From NCBI GenBank assembly GCA_963790475.1, contig CAWBOS010000010.1, positions 512,001-576,000 on the forward strand: a stretch of DNA of 64,000 bases, given 5' to 3'. Positions 1 through 9,570 of this stretch are shown piece by piece (position 1 is the first letter of the stretch; every line of letters begins with the position of its first letter). Made by a program: the position numbers and the translations under genes. This DNA is from an uncultured delta proteobacterium (GTDB taxonomy: Bacteria; Desulfobacterota; RBG-13-43-22). A model generated the notes under the pieces. The model was not told where the DNA came from, made no database searches, and was given only the letters and a program-made list of their open reading frames with translations.

Positions 1-2
1 CT

Positions 3-665
3 CACCATCTGATTTCTACCGAGGTAAAGGACTTTCCTCAGGTCTGCCGGACCTATGAAGCAGCCTTGAAAGATCGGAGTATGCTGGTTAAAAAAGCCAA
101 ACCCCTGCCAGTGGAATGTATTGTCCGCGGTTATTTGTCCGGTTCCGGTTGGAAGGATTATCAGACTACCGGTCAAATTTGCGGTATTTCCCTGCCATCC
201 GGGTTGAGGGAATCGGATCGCTTGGACAGGCCGATCTTCACCCCCTCCACCAAGGCGGAGAGGGGGACCCATGATGCCAATGTATCCCTGGAAGAAGTCC
301 GGACTCTTTTGGGAAACGATTTGACCGGGTTGTTGGAGAAGACCAGTCTGGCCATTTATGAAAAGGCCCGAATTTTGGGGGAACAAAAGGGGATCATCAT
401 TGCCGACACCAAATTTGAATTCGGAATTTTTGGGAATCAGGTGATCCTGATCGATGAGGTCCTGACCCCTGATTCGTCCCGGTTCTGGCCTAAAGATCAG
501 TATAAACCCGGCGGGGCTCAAAGCAGCTTTGATAAACAATTTCTACGGGATTACCTTGAATCCCTTCACTGGGACAAAAAACCGCCAGCCCCGAACCTAC
601 CGGAAGAGATTATTCTAAAAACCAAGGCCAAATATGAAGAGGCCTTGCGAATATTGACGAGTTAG
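3..665 (+). CDS. purC: SAICAR synthase, 5' end outside the window
   Basis: Motifs [32 protein letters not shown] and [12 protein letters not shown]. The frame is open back to the window edge. Confidence 0.97.
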   Translation, partial: HHLISTEVKDFPQVCRTYEAALKDRSMLVKKAKPLPVECIVRGYLSGSGWKDYQTTGQICGISLPSGLRESDRLDRPIFTPSTKAERGTHDANVSLEEVRTLLGNDLTGLLEKTSLAIYEKARILGEQKGIIIADTKFEFGIFGNQVILIDEVLTPDSSRFWPKDQYKPGGAQSSFDKQFLRDYLESLHWDKKPPAPNLPEEIILKTKAKYEEALRILTS

Positions 666-928
666 ACGTTTTTTCTCTCCTATGAAAAACCAGTTCACTG
701 CAACCCTGTTATCGAAGGGGTTTTTAGGTAATGAACCTTGGTAAACCCATAAAAAGTCGGAAGGGTCATCATCCTACCCCAAAGGGATCTACGGCCCTAT
801 TTCGGTCGATCAGCAGAATAGGGGGTAAGGAAGCTTGAATTTCACATTCGGGAGGAAGAAGGTCAGCGAAGGTTGTCCGTGGTCGCCCATTATGACACCC
901 AAACCCTAATCCTTGATATCAAAAAACA

Positions 929-2296
929 TCAACCAAAATTTCCTGACGCTTCCAGGAGCTTTTTCATCATGCATATATTATCGGTGTGCCCGGTGCGCGT
1001 AGCAGTCACCTTTCCCCGAATCGGTCTATTGAGCAGATAAAAATCCCCTATTAAATCCAGAATCTTGTGCCGGGCAAATTCATCGGGAAAGCGGAGTTCG
1101 GTGTTAACCACCTTTTGGTCGTCCACCAAAATGACATTATTAAACCACCCTCCTTCACCCAAACCCAGACGATCAAGCATTTCCATATCCTTCACAAAAC
1201 CGAAGGTTCGGGCCGGTGCGATATTTTTCTTGAATTCTTCCGTGTTATCCAGAACGAAATAGAAGTCCTGTTGGCCGATCGGAGGAGGATAGTCCAGGAA
1301 ATAATGAACGGAAAAGATATCTGCCGGCTCGATGACCAGAGATTTGTCTCCATTCCCAATTTCAAATCGCTGGGCGATCTTCAGCTCTTTTACACGTTCT
1401 TCCTGTTCCTCAATCCCGGCTTCTTCGATCAATTTGCAGAATTCCAGGGCTGAACCATCCATAATGGGGATTTCCTCAATCATTTTCACCATCAGATTCG
1501 TAATCCGGTAAGCGTGAAATACGGCCATCAGGTGTTCGATGGTTTTAGCCACAGCCATCCCCTTCTTCAGCGAAGTGGCCATTTCCGTTGTTTGAACGTA
1601 ATCGACGTGTAAAGGAACCACTTCATCGGAAGAAACGTTTCCAAAGAGGATTCCCCGGTTTGGAGGAAGGGGTTGCAACAATAACCCGGTCTTCATGCCG
1701 GAATGGAGTCCGGTTCCGTATAAGACCATGCTCTTACTCAGGGTTCGCTGAAGGGGAAAAGCGGCCCCTTTTCTCTTGGAGGTCTTAGGTAAAAAGAAGT
1801 CAGCTTCCTGAACCGAAGAAAGGGGAAGCCCGGTGATATCCTCCGTGGACCCTTCGAAGGATCTCCATTTTTCGGTCAGGAGAGTTTCTTCCCTTCCGGC
1901 CTGGGCTGATTTGGGGATCGCCAAGTCCTCCTTCTGACTGCGAATGGCCCGATGGACTGTTTTTAGAAGAACATCGAGGGATAGGGGTTTTTCAATGAAG
2001 TCGAAGGCCCCGAGCTTCACTGCCGCCATGGCCGTGGAGATCGTCGCATGACCGGAAAGCATAATTACCGGACAATTCGGTTCAATCCCCTTCATCCTTT
2101 TTAGTACTTCGATGCCATCCATTCCCGGCATCCAGATGTCCAGGAGCGTCAGGAGAGGAACTTCCTGTTGGAAGATTTCAAGGGCCTCTTCTCCGCTCTT
2201 GGCCGTGGTGAGGTCAAACCCTTCATCATCCAGAACCCCGGTAATAGATTTAATAATTCTCTCCTCATCGTCAACTATGAGGATCTTTTTGCCCAT
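929..2296 (-). CDS. lpxC: Response-regulator receiver domain fused to UDP-3-O-acyl-GlcNAc deacetylase
   Basis: N-terminal REC domain (ILIVDDE, LLDIWMPGMDG, MLSGH, FIEKP). C-terminal LpxC (QRTL..GTGLHSG, TIEHLMA, EIPIMDGSA, ARTFGF, RHKILDLIGD, GH). One continuous 455-aa ORF. Confidence 0.93.
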   Translation of the reverse strand: MGKKILIVDDEERIIKSITGVLDDEGFDLTTAKSGEEALEIFQQEVPLLTLLDIWMPGMDGIEVLKRMKGIEPNCPVIMLSGHATISTAMAAVKLGAFDFIEKPLSLDVLLKTVHRAIRSQKEDLAIPKSAQAGREETLLTEKWRSFEGSTEDITGLPLSSVQEADFFLPKTSKRKGAAFPLQRTLSKSMVLYGTGLHSGMKTGLLLQPLPPNRGILFGNVSSDEVVPLHVDYVQTTEMATSLKKGMAVAKTIEHLMAVFHAYRITNLMVKMIEEIPIMDGSALEFCKLIEEAGIEEQEERVKELKIAQRFEIGNGDKSLVIEPADIFSVHYFLDYPPPIGQQDFYFVLDNTEEFKKNIAPARTFGFVKDMEMLDRLGLGEGGWFNNVILVDDQKVVNTELRFPDEFARHKILDLIGDFYLLNRPIRGKVTATRTGHTDNICMMKKLLEASGNFG

Positions 2297-2474
2297 ATGA
2301 TCACCTTTCCGGGAGGATTAGACGATTGCGCTACCGGATTTTCCTCTTAATCTTCAATCAATGCAGGATATCAAACCTTACTTTATGGATACTATCAGAA
2401 TTAACGTCCAGAGTCAATGAAGACCTCAAACTTGCCTTCTTGACCTTATTTTTGTAAGGAAGCCTTTTTTCCAC

Positions 2475-2503
2475 TTGACCGGCTTATCTCCTTATTTTAT
2501 ATT
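2475..2503 (+). promoter_or_regulatory. Putative sigma70 promoter for the acyl-CoA dehydrogenase
   Basis: TTGACC-17 nt-TATATT. Confidence 0.5.
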
Positions 2504-2548
2504 TAATACGAAAATAGCTTGGAAAACCTATAGGCTTGTTCGTTCTCT

Positions 2549-2625
2549 GTCATGCCGGACTTGATCCGGCATCCAGAGTTTTGCTTGGTTTCTCCAGCCT
2601 GGATTCCGGCCTTCGCCGGAATGAC
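2549..2625. repeat. REP/dRS3-like double-hairpin palindrome
   Basis: GTCATGCCGGacttgatCCGGCATCCAG ... CTGGATTCCGGccttcgCCGGAATGAC. Confidence 0.85.
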
Positions 2626-2800
2626 GACTCAACTTACTGATCATACAACATTTTTATGCTTCTTGGTGTCACGCCACCAAAGGCGAGGCATGAGGGTTTG
2701 GTTGTCAAACGGAAAAATACTTTTGGATTTTCTTTTTTGAGACTGGGGTTGCTGATCAACAAAACTATCTAATGCCAACGGAGTAAGGGAGATTGAGCTT

Positions 2801-4006
2801 ATGGATGCCCTTTTGAATATTCTGGATTCATATCAGGCTGGTTTAAAAGAAAAGAAATACGTCAAAGACTTTTACGCTATTCTCAAAGAGATGGTTATTC
2901 CTCATTATCCTACCCTTGAATCAAAAATTGAAAACCACAAAGCCGTCTTCCCCAAAGAATGGGACCGGTTGATGTCGGCTCTTAAAGGGGCCCATATTTT
3001 TGAACAGTTTGTCCCCCTTGAATATGGAGGGCAAAAAACATCCGAGTTGGATATCTATTGCCTGATGGAATTGTTGGGCTATGCCTCTCCGGGTATAGGC
3101 ATTATTTTTGTCTCCCACGGGCGGGCAATCGATATCGTCTGCCGTGGAAATCAATCCCAAAAGGAAGAATACCTCCCCAGGATGGCCGAAGGGCATTTAG
3201 GGGCCATTGCCATGACCGAGGAAAAGGCCGGTTCGGATGCCATGTCCATCGGTCTGATAGCCAGGGCGACGGACCATCACTATCTGCTTAGCGGCCAGAA
3301 AATATTCATCTCCAACAGTGGGTTGGCTGAAATATATACCGTTCTGGTCAACACCAAAGGGACCAAAGGACCCCGTTCTTTAAGCCTGTTTCTGGTAGAT
3401 GAAAATTCCCCGGGTTTCATAGTCGAGGGATTACCTGAAAAAGACGGTCTGAAGGTTTTACCTATCGGGCGGCTTATCTTTAAGGATACGCCCGTTCCTT
3501 TGAAGAACCTGGTCGGAGAGGAGGGCGGCGGACTTTTCCTGACCCTGGGGGTTATTGACCAGGGAAGAATTCATATCGCCGGTATCTGCTGCGGGCTGGC
3601 TTACCGGATTTTTCGGGAAATTTATCAGTACGCCCTTCAGAGAAGGCAATTCGACCATCCCCTGACCAGCAGTCAGGACATCAGTTTCCATATCGCGGCC
3701 ATGTATTCCAATGTGAATGCCGCCAGAGGTCTCTGTCTGCAGGCCTTGCAGCATATCGGGACTCCCTATTATCGGCTGTACTCCTCCCAGGCCAAACTCT
3801 TCGCCTCCCAGATGGTCATGGAAGTAGCTTCTCAGGCGCAGATTCTAATGGGAGGAAGAGGATATCTTCGAAATGATTTGATCAATCAGCTGGCCGCCGA
3901 CGCCCGGGGGATGGAATACCTGGAGGGGACATCCAATGTCCAGAAAATGATTATCACCAGCGAATTATTTAAAATGTACCAAAAAGAGAAAGAAGGAGAG
4001 ATTTGA
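2801..4006 (+). CDS. Acyl-CoA dehydrogenase family protein
   Basis: AIAMTEEKAGSD, GQKIFISN, RRQF, GGRGY and YLEGTSNVQK (catalytic Glu region). Confidence 0.92.
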   Translation: MDALLNILDSYQAGLKEKKYVKDFYAILKEMVIPHYPTLESKIENHKAVFPKEWDRLMSALKGAHIFEQFVPLEYGGQKTSELDIYCLMELLGYASPGIGIIFVSHGRAIDIVCRGNQSQKEEYLPRMAEGHLGAIAMTEEKAGSDAMSIGLIARATDHHYLLSGQKIFISNSGLAEIYTVLVNTKGTKGPRSLSLFLVDENSPGFIVEGLPEKDGLKVLPIGRLIFKDTPVPLKNLVGEEGGGLFLTLGVIDQGRIHIAGICCGLAYRIFREIYQYALQRRQFDHPLTSSQDISFHIAAMYSNVNAARGLCLQALQHIGTPYYRLYSSQAKLFASQMVMEVASQAQILMGGRGYLRNDLINQLAADARGMEYLEGTSNVQKMIITSELFKMYQKEKEGEI

Positions 4007-4029
4007 GCTGAGGTAAGCCTTACCCCGGG

Positions 4030-5052
4030 TCAGTTGATAAAAACTTTGGTGTAGAAGTCGGTTTGCATCAAGGCCTTACCCGCCCCCATAACCACGGAGG
4101 TCAATGGGTCTTCAGCGATATGGACCTTAAGACCGGTTTCCCTTTTCAGGAGTTTATCCAGTCCGTTGAGCAATGCCCCCCCTCCGGCCAGGGTCATCCC
4201 TTCCTGGCTGATATCGCCTGATAATTCGGGAGGAGTTTTTTCCAAGGCCCTTTTCACGGCGTCAACAATGGCCCATATGGGTTCGGCCATCCCTTCCCGA
4301 AGGTCTTTGTCCGTCAGTTGGATGGTTCGAGGGATCCCGGAAAAAACCTCTTTTCCCGACACCTGGAAAGGTATCGGTTTTTGCTGAGGATAGGCCGAAC
4401 CGTAGTCGATCTTAATCTGTTCGGCAGTATTCTCTCCTATCTGTAGATGGAATTTCTTTTGCAGGAAATAAATAACGGATTCATTGAGTTCGTCTCCAGC
4501 CACCCGGATGGACTCACTATAAGCCGTGGAAAACGACATAATGATGGCCACTTCCGTGGTCCCTCCTCCGATGTCCACAATCATATTGGCCCGGGTTGAC
4601 TGGACCGACATGCCGGCTCCAATAGCAGCAGCCATGGGTTCCTCGATAAGGTACACATCCCGTGCTCCTGCTTCCAGGGCCGATTCGACCACGGCCCTTT
4701 TTTCGACCATGGTGATGCCGGACGGGACACCGATGACCAAATTTGGCTTAAAAAAACGGGATTTCCCGCTAACCTTCAAGAGGAAAAATTTAATCATTTC
4801 TCGGGTAATCTCGAAGTCGGCGATTACGCCGTCTTTCAGGGGACGAATCGCGGAAATACGGGCCGGGGTCCGGCCTAAATAGTCCTTGGCCTCTTTCCCG
4901 ACGGCCAGAACCTGGCCGGTTTCATTATTGATGGCCACGACGGAGGGTTCGTTAAGAACCACCCCTTGATTTTTTTTAAAGATTAAAGTATTAGCCGTTC
5001 CCAGATCCATGGCCATATCTTCGGAAAAGAGGCCGAAAAATTTTCTGATCAT
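4030..5052 (-). CDS. mreB: Rod shape-determining protein MreB (no mreCD following)
   Basis: DLGTANT, NEPSVVA, IRPLKDGVIADF, IEEPMAAAIGAG, DIGGGTTE, LAGGGALL. Confidence 0.95.
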   Translation of the reverse strand: MIRKFFGLFSEDMAMDLGTANTLIFKKNQGVVLNEPSVVAINNETGQVLAVGKEAKDYLGRTPARISAIRPLKDGVIADFEITREMIKFFLLKVSGKSRFFKPNLVIGVPSGITMVEKRAVVESALEAGARDVYLIEEPMAAAIGAGMSVQSTRANMIVDIGGGTTEVAIIMSFSTAYSESIRVAGDELNESVIYFLQKKFHLQIGENTAEQIKIDYGSAYPQQKPIPFQVSGKEVFSGIPRTIQLTDKDLREGMAEPIWAIVDAVKRALEKTPPELSGDISQEGMTLAGGGALLNGLDKLLKRETGLKVHIAEDPLTSVVMGAGKALMQTDFYTKVFIN

Positions 5053-5064
5053 AGTTTTTTAAAC

Positions 5065-6081
5065 TCACAGATTCATTAAATAAAGTATTGAGGTGATGAT
5101 GGTCTGGCCGGCCGAGGTCAAGGCTTGAATTTCTTCTTCCCTCCAATCATTTTCCCGGTGGCCGATCAAATTCATTACCCCATATAAATTACCGAAAAAA
5201 CATAGGGGAAGACCGATGTAAGATTGGAAGTGCGTACAGGGGTCATCGGGGTAAAAGACATACGATTTGTGGTTCCTCGGTTTCATCGAACGCCGCACCA
5301 GAGGTTTTTCTTCCCGGATGACCCAGCCGGTTAACCCCATATCAATAGAATGGAAGGTTTTTTTCAAGGGGCCCTGCAAGGTTCCATCCGAGGCGACCAC
5401 CTTGTACCGATCCCTCTTCCTGGGAACCAGGGCTAAAAAGGCGGCGTCCGTCCTGGAAAATAAACGGCAACAGTTAAGGGCTTTCAAATAATATTGATTG
5501 ACATCCTGTTTTTCCATGGAAAGGCTGTTGATGTCATTAAAAAATCCCAGAATATGATGCTGATCCCTTTCTTTTTTTCCAACATCTTGGGCGTGAAGGA
5601 TATGAAGGACCAGCAAAGAGAAGTCGTGTAATATTTTCTGGTCTTTATCGGTAAAAACATAGTTTCGTTTGCTGTCAATACACAGGACACCGACCTCTCC
5701 CACGGGAACTGCTAAAAAGGATTTTATCTTTTCGTCCCGCAGATACAGTTTTAAATTTCGGGTATCACGATCGAATTGAGAGATATTGACCGGGCGTTGG
5801 TTTTTGGCCACCCAGCCGATCAGGCTGTCTCCCACCTGGAGTTGGGTATCCGGGTCAATATGAAGACTCAGGCTGTGATAACTTCTGAGATTCAGTTTGT
5901 TCCTGGCGGAATCAAGCAGGAAAAGGGCTGTCGTAAAAGAGTCGGTTACATTACTGATGAGCTGTATTATTTCCTTTAATCCATAATCGGTGACAGTTTC
6001 CATCTGAACGGGAAAAGGCTTCTTAATAAATGGATTATCATCCATCGCATAATATGCTATGTTAAAAAAAATTTGATTCAC
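5065..6081 (-). CDS. Tandem-GAF domain protein with no output domain; true start may be about 6044 or 6006
   Basis: Two GAF-like repeats (SLIGWVAKNQRP..KSFLAVPV..GVLCIDS; GLTGWVIREEKP..SYIGLPL..GVMNL). Confidence 0.75.
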   Translation of the reverse strand: MNQIFFNIAYYAMDDNPFIKKPFPVQMETVTDYGLKEIIQLISNVTDSFTTALFLLDSARNKLNLRSYHSLSLHIDPDTQLQVGDSLIGWVAKNQRPVNISQFDRDTRNLKLYLRDEKIKSFLAVPVGEVGVLCIDSKRNYVFTDKDQKILHDFSLLVLHILHAQDVGKKERDQHHILGFFNDINSLSMEKQDVNQYYLKALNCCRLFSRTDAAFLALVPRKRDRYKVVASDGTLQGPLKKTFHSIDMGLTGWVIREEKPLVRRSMKPRNHKSYVFYPDDPCTHFQSYIGLPLCFFGNLYGVMNLIGHRENDWREEEIQALTSAGQTIITSILYLMNL

Positions 6082-6187
6082 GCCTTCTCATCAGGCATTA
6101 TAAAAAATTTTAACGCATTTGCCCCAGGTTGTCAATTTTTTTTAAGAAGGCAGCATGAAAACGAGGTGTGATATAAAATCAACCTTA

Positions 6188-7273
6188 ATGAGTAAGAGGC
6201 GAAAAACGGTTTCTGTTTCCGTGGGGGGGATTCGAATTGGAAGCAGACATCCGGTAGTGGTCCAGTCCATGACCAGCACGAATACCCATGATGTTTATCA
6301 GACCTTAAAACAGATCCGGGAACTTGAAAGGGCTGGCTGTGAACTGATCCGGGTGGCGGTTCCTGACCAGGCGGCCATCCCGGCTTTGAAGGAAATCATT
6401 CAAAAGTCTCCCCTGCCAATAATCGCCGACATCCATTTTGACTTCCGTCTGGCCCTGGAAGGGATGAAGGTTGGCGCCGCCGGCATACGGATCAATCCCG
6501 GGAACATCGGGGGGGCGTCGAGGATCGCCCGGATAACTGAGATGGCCCAAGAAAAGGGAGTCTGTATCCGTATCGGGGTTAATGCCGGTTCGTTGGAGAA
6601 GGCCCTGCAATCCAGAGCACGGGAAGGAGAACAGGCCGAAGCCATGGTCGAATCGGCTTTAGGTCATATCGCCCTTTTTGAAAAGATGAATTTTAAGAAT
6701 CTCAAGATTTCCCTCAAGTCCTCCGATGTACTGCAAACCGTTCGAGCTTATCAATTATTGGCCAAAGAAGTGGATTATCCTTTTCATCTGGGGATTACCG
6801 AGGCCGGGACCTTGCTTTCGGGAACGGTCAAGTCGGCCCTGGGGATCGGCCTTCTCCTCTATCAGGGAATCGGAGACACCCTGCGGGTATCCCTGACCGC
6901 CCACCCTCGTGAAGAAATCAAAGTGGCTTACGACATTCTGAGGGCCTTGGGTTTGAGAAAGAGGGGGGTGGAGATTATTTCCTGTCCCACCTGCGGTCGG
7001 TGCCAAATCGATTTGTTGCCCTTGGTCCAACGGGTCGAAAAAGAGGTCAAAAAATACACCCGGCCCTTGAAGGTGGCTATCATGGGTTGTGTGGTCAACG
7101 GTCCCGGAGAGGCCCGGGAAGCCGATATCGGCATTGCCGGTGGAAAAAGTCTCGGCCTGCTTTTCGCCAAGGGAAGGATGATCCGTAAGATCCCGGAGGC
7201 GGATCTGGCCGATAGCCTATTAGAAGAGATTGAGAATATGGAAAAAGATAACACTTTAGGCGTAGTAACTTAG
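6188..7273 (+). CDS. ispG: (E)-4-hydroxy-3-methylbut-2-enyl-diphosphate synthase
   Basis: VQSMT, ADIHF, RINPGNIG, RIGVNAGSL, SCPTCGR, MGCVVNGPGEA. Confidence 0.97.
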   Translation: MSKRRKTVSVSVGGIRIGSRHPVVVQSMTSTNTHDVYQTLKQIRELERAGCELIRVAVPDQAAIPALKEIIQKSPLPIIADIHFDFRLALEGMKVGAAGIRINPGNIGGASRIARITEMAQEKGVCIRIGVNAGSLEKALQSRAREGEQAEAMVESALGHIALFEKMNFKNLKISLKSSDVLQTVRAYQLLAKEVDYPFHLGITEAGTLLSGTVKSALGIGLLLYQGIGDTLRVSLTAHPREEIKVAYDILRALGLRKRGVEIISCPTCGRCQIDLLPLVQRVEKEVKKYTRPLKVAIMGCVVNGPGEAREADIGIAGGKSLGLLFAKGRMIRKIPEADLADSLLEEIENMEKDNTLGVVT

Positions 7274-7311
7274 GAATAGAATTCTACTCAAATTGGATAG
7301 AATATTTCGTC

Positions 7312-7389
7312 GTCATTCCCGCGAAGGCGGGAATCCAGGCTATTCTCAACTTATTAAAAACACTGGATTCCCTTTTTCAAGGGAATGAC
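7312..7389. repeat. REP/dRS3-like double-hairpin palindrome
   Basis: GTCATTCCCgcgaaggcGGGAATCCAG ... CTGGATTCCCtttttcaaGGGAATGAC. Confidence 0.85.
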
Positions 7390-7757
7390 GAAAATAGGCT
7401 TTCGGTGACTTTTTACGAATCCACCAAATGTTACAATATTTCAAATATGGTTCCGGCTTGTCCGGGTTAGGTGTTTGAAAAAAGAATTATTATTCACCAG
7501 ACACAAAGAACACAGAGATATTTTTTTTGAACAATCCTGTGAGAGGCTGGATTGTTCAAACCAGCCCTGACCTCCGGCCAAATCTTTGCCGGAAGGGCCG
7601 CGAAGCTTCTCCATTGCAGGCCCGCCAACGGCGCGGTCACCCGCAATGGAGAAATTTTCATCTCTGCGACCCCTGCGTCTCTGCGGTGAAAGCAGTTGGT
7701 TCAAACAGCCAGATAATTACGGAAAGAGAAATAATCGACAAGGAGAATTGATTGGCA

Positions 7758-9476
7758 ATGCTTTATTCCCAGTTGTATATCCCAACCTTAAAGGAAAAAC
7801 CGGCCGAAGCCGAAGTGATCAGTCACCAGCTGATGCTCCGGGCCGGCTTTATCAGAAAATTAACCTCCGGCATTTACAGTTATCTGCCATTGGGGGTGCG
7901 TTCCTTGAGAAAGATGGAAGCCATTATCCGGGAAGAAATGAACCGGGCCGGGGCCCAGGAGGTTTTGCTGCCGGCCCTTCAGCCGGCCGAACTCTGGCAG
8001 GAGAGCGGCCGATGGGAAAAATACGGAAAGGAGTTGATCCGAGTCCGGGATCGGCACAACCATGATTATTGTCTGGGGCCGACTCACGAGGAAGTGATCA
8101 CCGATCTTATCCGTCATGAAATCCGCTCCTATCGCCAATTACCGGTAAATCTTTATCAGATCCAGACCAAGTTTCGGGATGAGATCCGTCCCCGATTCGG
8201 TCTGATGCGCGGCCGGGAATTCGGGATGAAAGACGGTTACAGCTTCGACCGGGATGAGGAAGGGGCGGGCCAGACTTATCAAAAGATGTATGAGGCCTAC
8301 CAGCGGATCTTTAGGCGCTGCGGACTTCGTTTTAAAGCCGTCGAGGCCGACAGCGGGGCTATCGGAGGCAGTTACTCTCATGAATTTATGGTGCTGGCTG
8401 AAAGCGGCGAAGATGCCATCCTGGCCTGCACGGCTTGCAGCTATGCGGCCAACGTGGAAAGGGCCGAATCCATTGACCGGTTTCAGGCCGACTTGAATGA
8501 AGGAATAAAAGATCGGGAGAAGAAATCCACACCGGGGCAGAGGACGGTGGAAGAGGTGACCCGCTTTCTGTCTATCCCGCCCCAGAGATTGGTCAAGACC
8601 ATGATCTATCAAACCGAGCGGGGGCCGGTGGCTGTTTTAGTGCGGGGAGATCAGGAGGTAAATGAAACCAAGTTATCAAAAGTCTTGGATTGTCAGGAAC
8701 TGATCCTGGCCGAGGCCCTGAAGGTTCAGGAACTGACCGGGGCTCCTCTGGGATTTGCCGGGGCGGTGGGTCTGTCTCTTCCCCTTTGGGCGGATCAAAC
8801 CCTTAAAAGCCTGAAAAGTTTTGTCATGGGGGCCAATGAGGCGGATTTCCATTGGATCAATCTCAATTGGGAAATCGATGTTGATCTTCCCCAATGGGCC
8901 GACTTGCGCCTGGCGCAGCCCGGCGAACCCTGTCCCCGCTGTCAGGCTGCCCTCGAAGCTTATCGGGGAATCGAGGTGGGGCATGTCTTTAAATTGGGGG
9001 ACAAGTATTCCCGGTCGATGAAGGCCACCTTTCTGGATGAACAGGGCCGGGAGCAATTTATGATCATGGGCTGTTTTGGTATCGGTGTCGGCCGGACGGT
9101 GGCTGCGGCCATTGAACAAAACCACGACAAGGACGGGATCATCTGGCCTATGGCCCTGGCCCCCTTTCAGGTCCTTATAACGCCGGTGGAATGGAGTCCG
9201 GGATCCGAAACGCATCAAACCGCTCAGACAATTCATGAAGGGCTTGAGCGGCAGGGAATTGAGGTCCTGTTGGACGATCGTGAGGAAAGACCGGGGATCA
9301 AATTCAAAGATGCGGACTTGATCGGCATTCCGGTTCGGGTGACTATTGGGTCGAAAGGCCTGGCCGAGGGAATAGTCGAAGTACGTGAAAGGTGTACCGG
9401 CCAGGTACAGAAAGTGCCCAAGGACCAGGTGATTTCGATGATTCAGAAAATTGTCTTAGATGCCTTAATGGCCTGA
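7758..9476 (+). CDS. proS: Proline--tRNA ligase (with editing domain)
   Basis: SHQLMLRAG, LGPTHEE, QIQTKFRDEIRPRFGLMRGREF, GIEVGHVFKLG, GCFGIGVGR. Confidence 0.98.
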   Translation: MLYSQLYIPTLKEKPAEAEVISHQLMLRAGFIRKLTSGIYSYLPLGVRSLRKMEAIIREEMNRAGAQEVLLPALQPAELWQESGRWEKYGKELIRVRDRHNHDYCLGPTHEEVITDLIRHEIRSYRQLPVNLYQIQTKFRDEIRPRFGLMRGREFGMKDGYSFDRDEEGAGQTYQKMYEAYQRIFRRCGLRFKAVEADSGAIGGSYSHEFMVLAESGEDAILACTACSYAANVERAESIDRFQADLNEGIKDREKKSTPGQRTVEEVTRFLSIPPQRLVKTMIYQTERGPVAVLVRGDQEVNETKLSKVLDCQELILAEALKVQELTGAPLGFAGAVGLSLPLWADQTLKSLKSFVMGANEADFHWINLNWEIDVDLPQWADLRLAQPGEPCPRCQAALEAYRGIEVGHVFKLGDKYSRSMKATFLDEQGREQFMIMGCFGIGVGRTVAAAIEQNHDKDGIIWPMALAPFQVLITPVEWSPGSETHQTAQTIHEGLERQGIEVLLDDREERPGIKFKDADLIGIPVRVTIGSKGLAEGIVEVRERCTGQVQKVPKDQVISMIQKIVLDALMA

Positions 9477-9570
9477 GATCTTAAAAAAGAAGCGCTCTTT
9501 TGCTGAGAGCTGAAATAAGGGGCATCCGCTGTCTGCTATGACCTTATGAGCTGTGAGCTAATTATAATCC

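Noticed and set aside
7441-8065. ORFs 7441-7704, 7527-7751 and 7586-8065
   Set aside because: They are translations of palindromic intergenic repeat sequence or alternate frames of proS.
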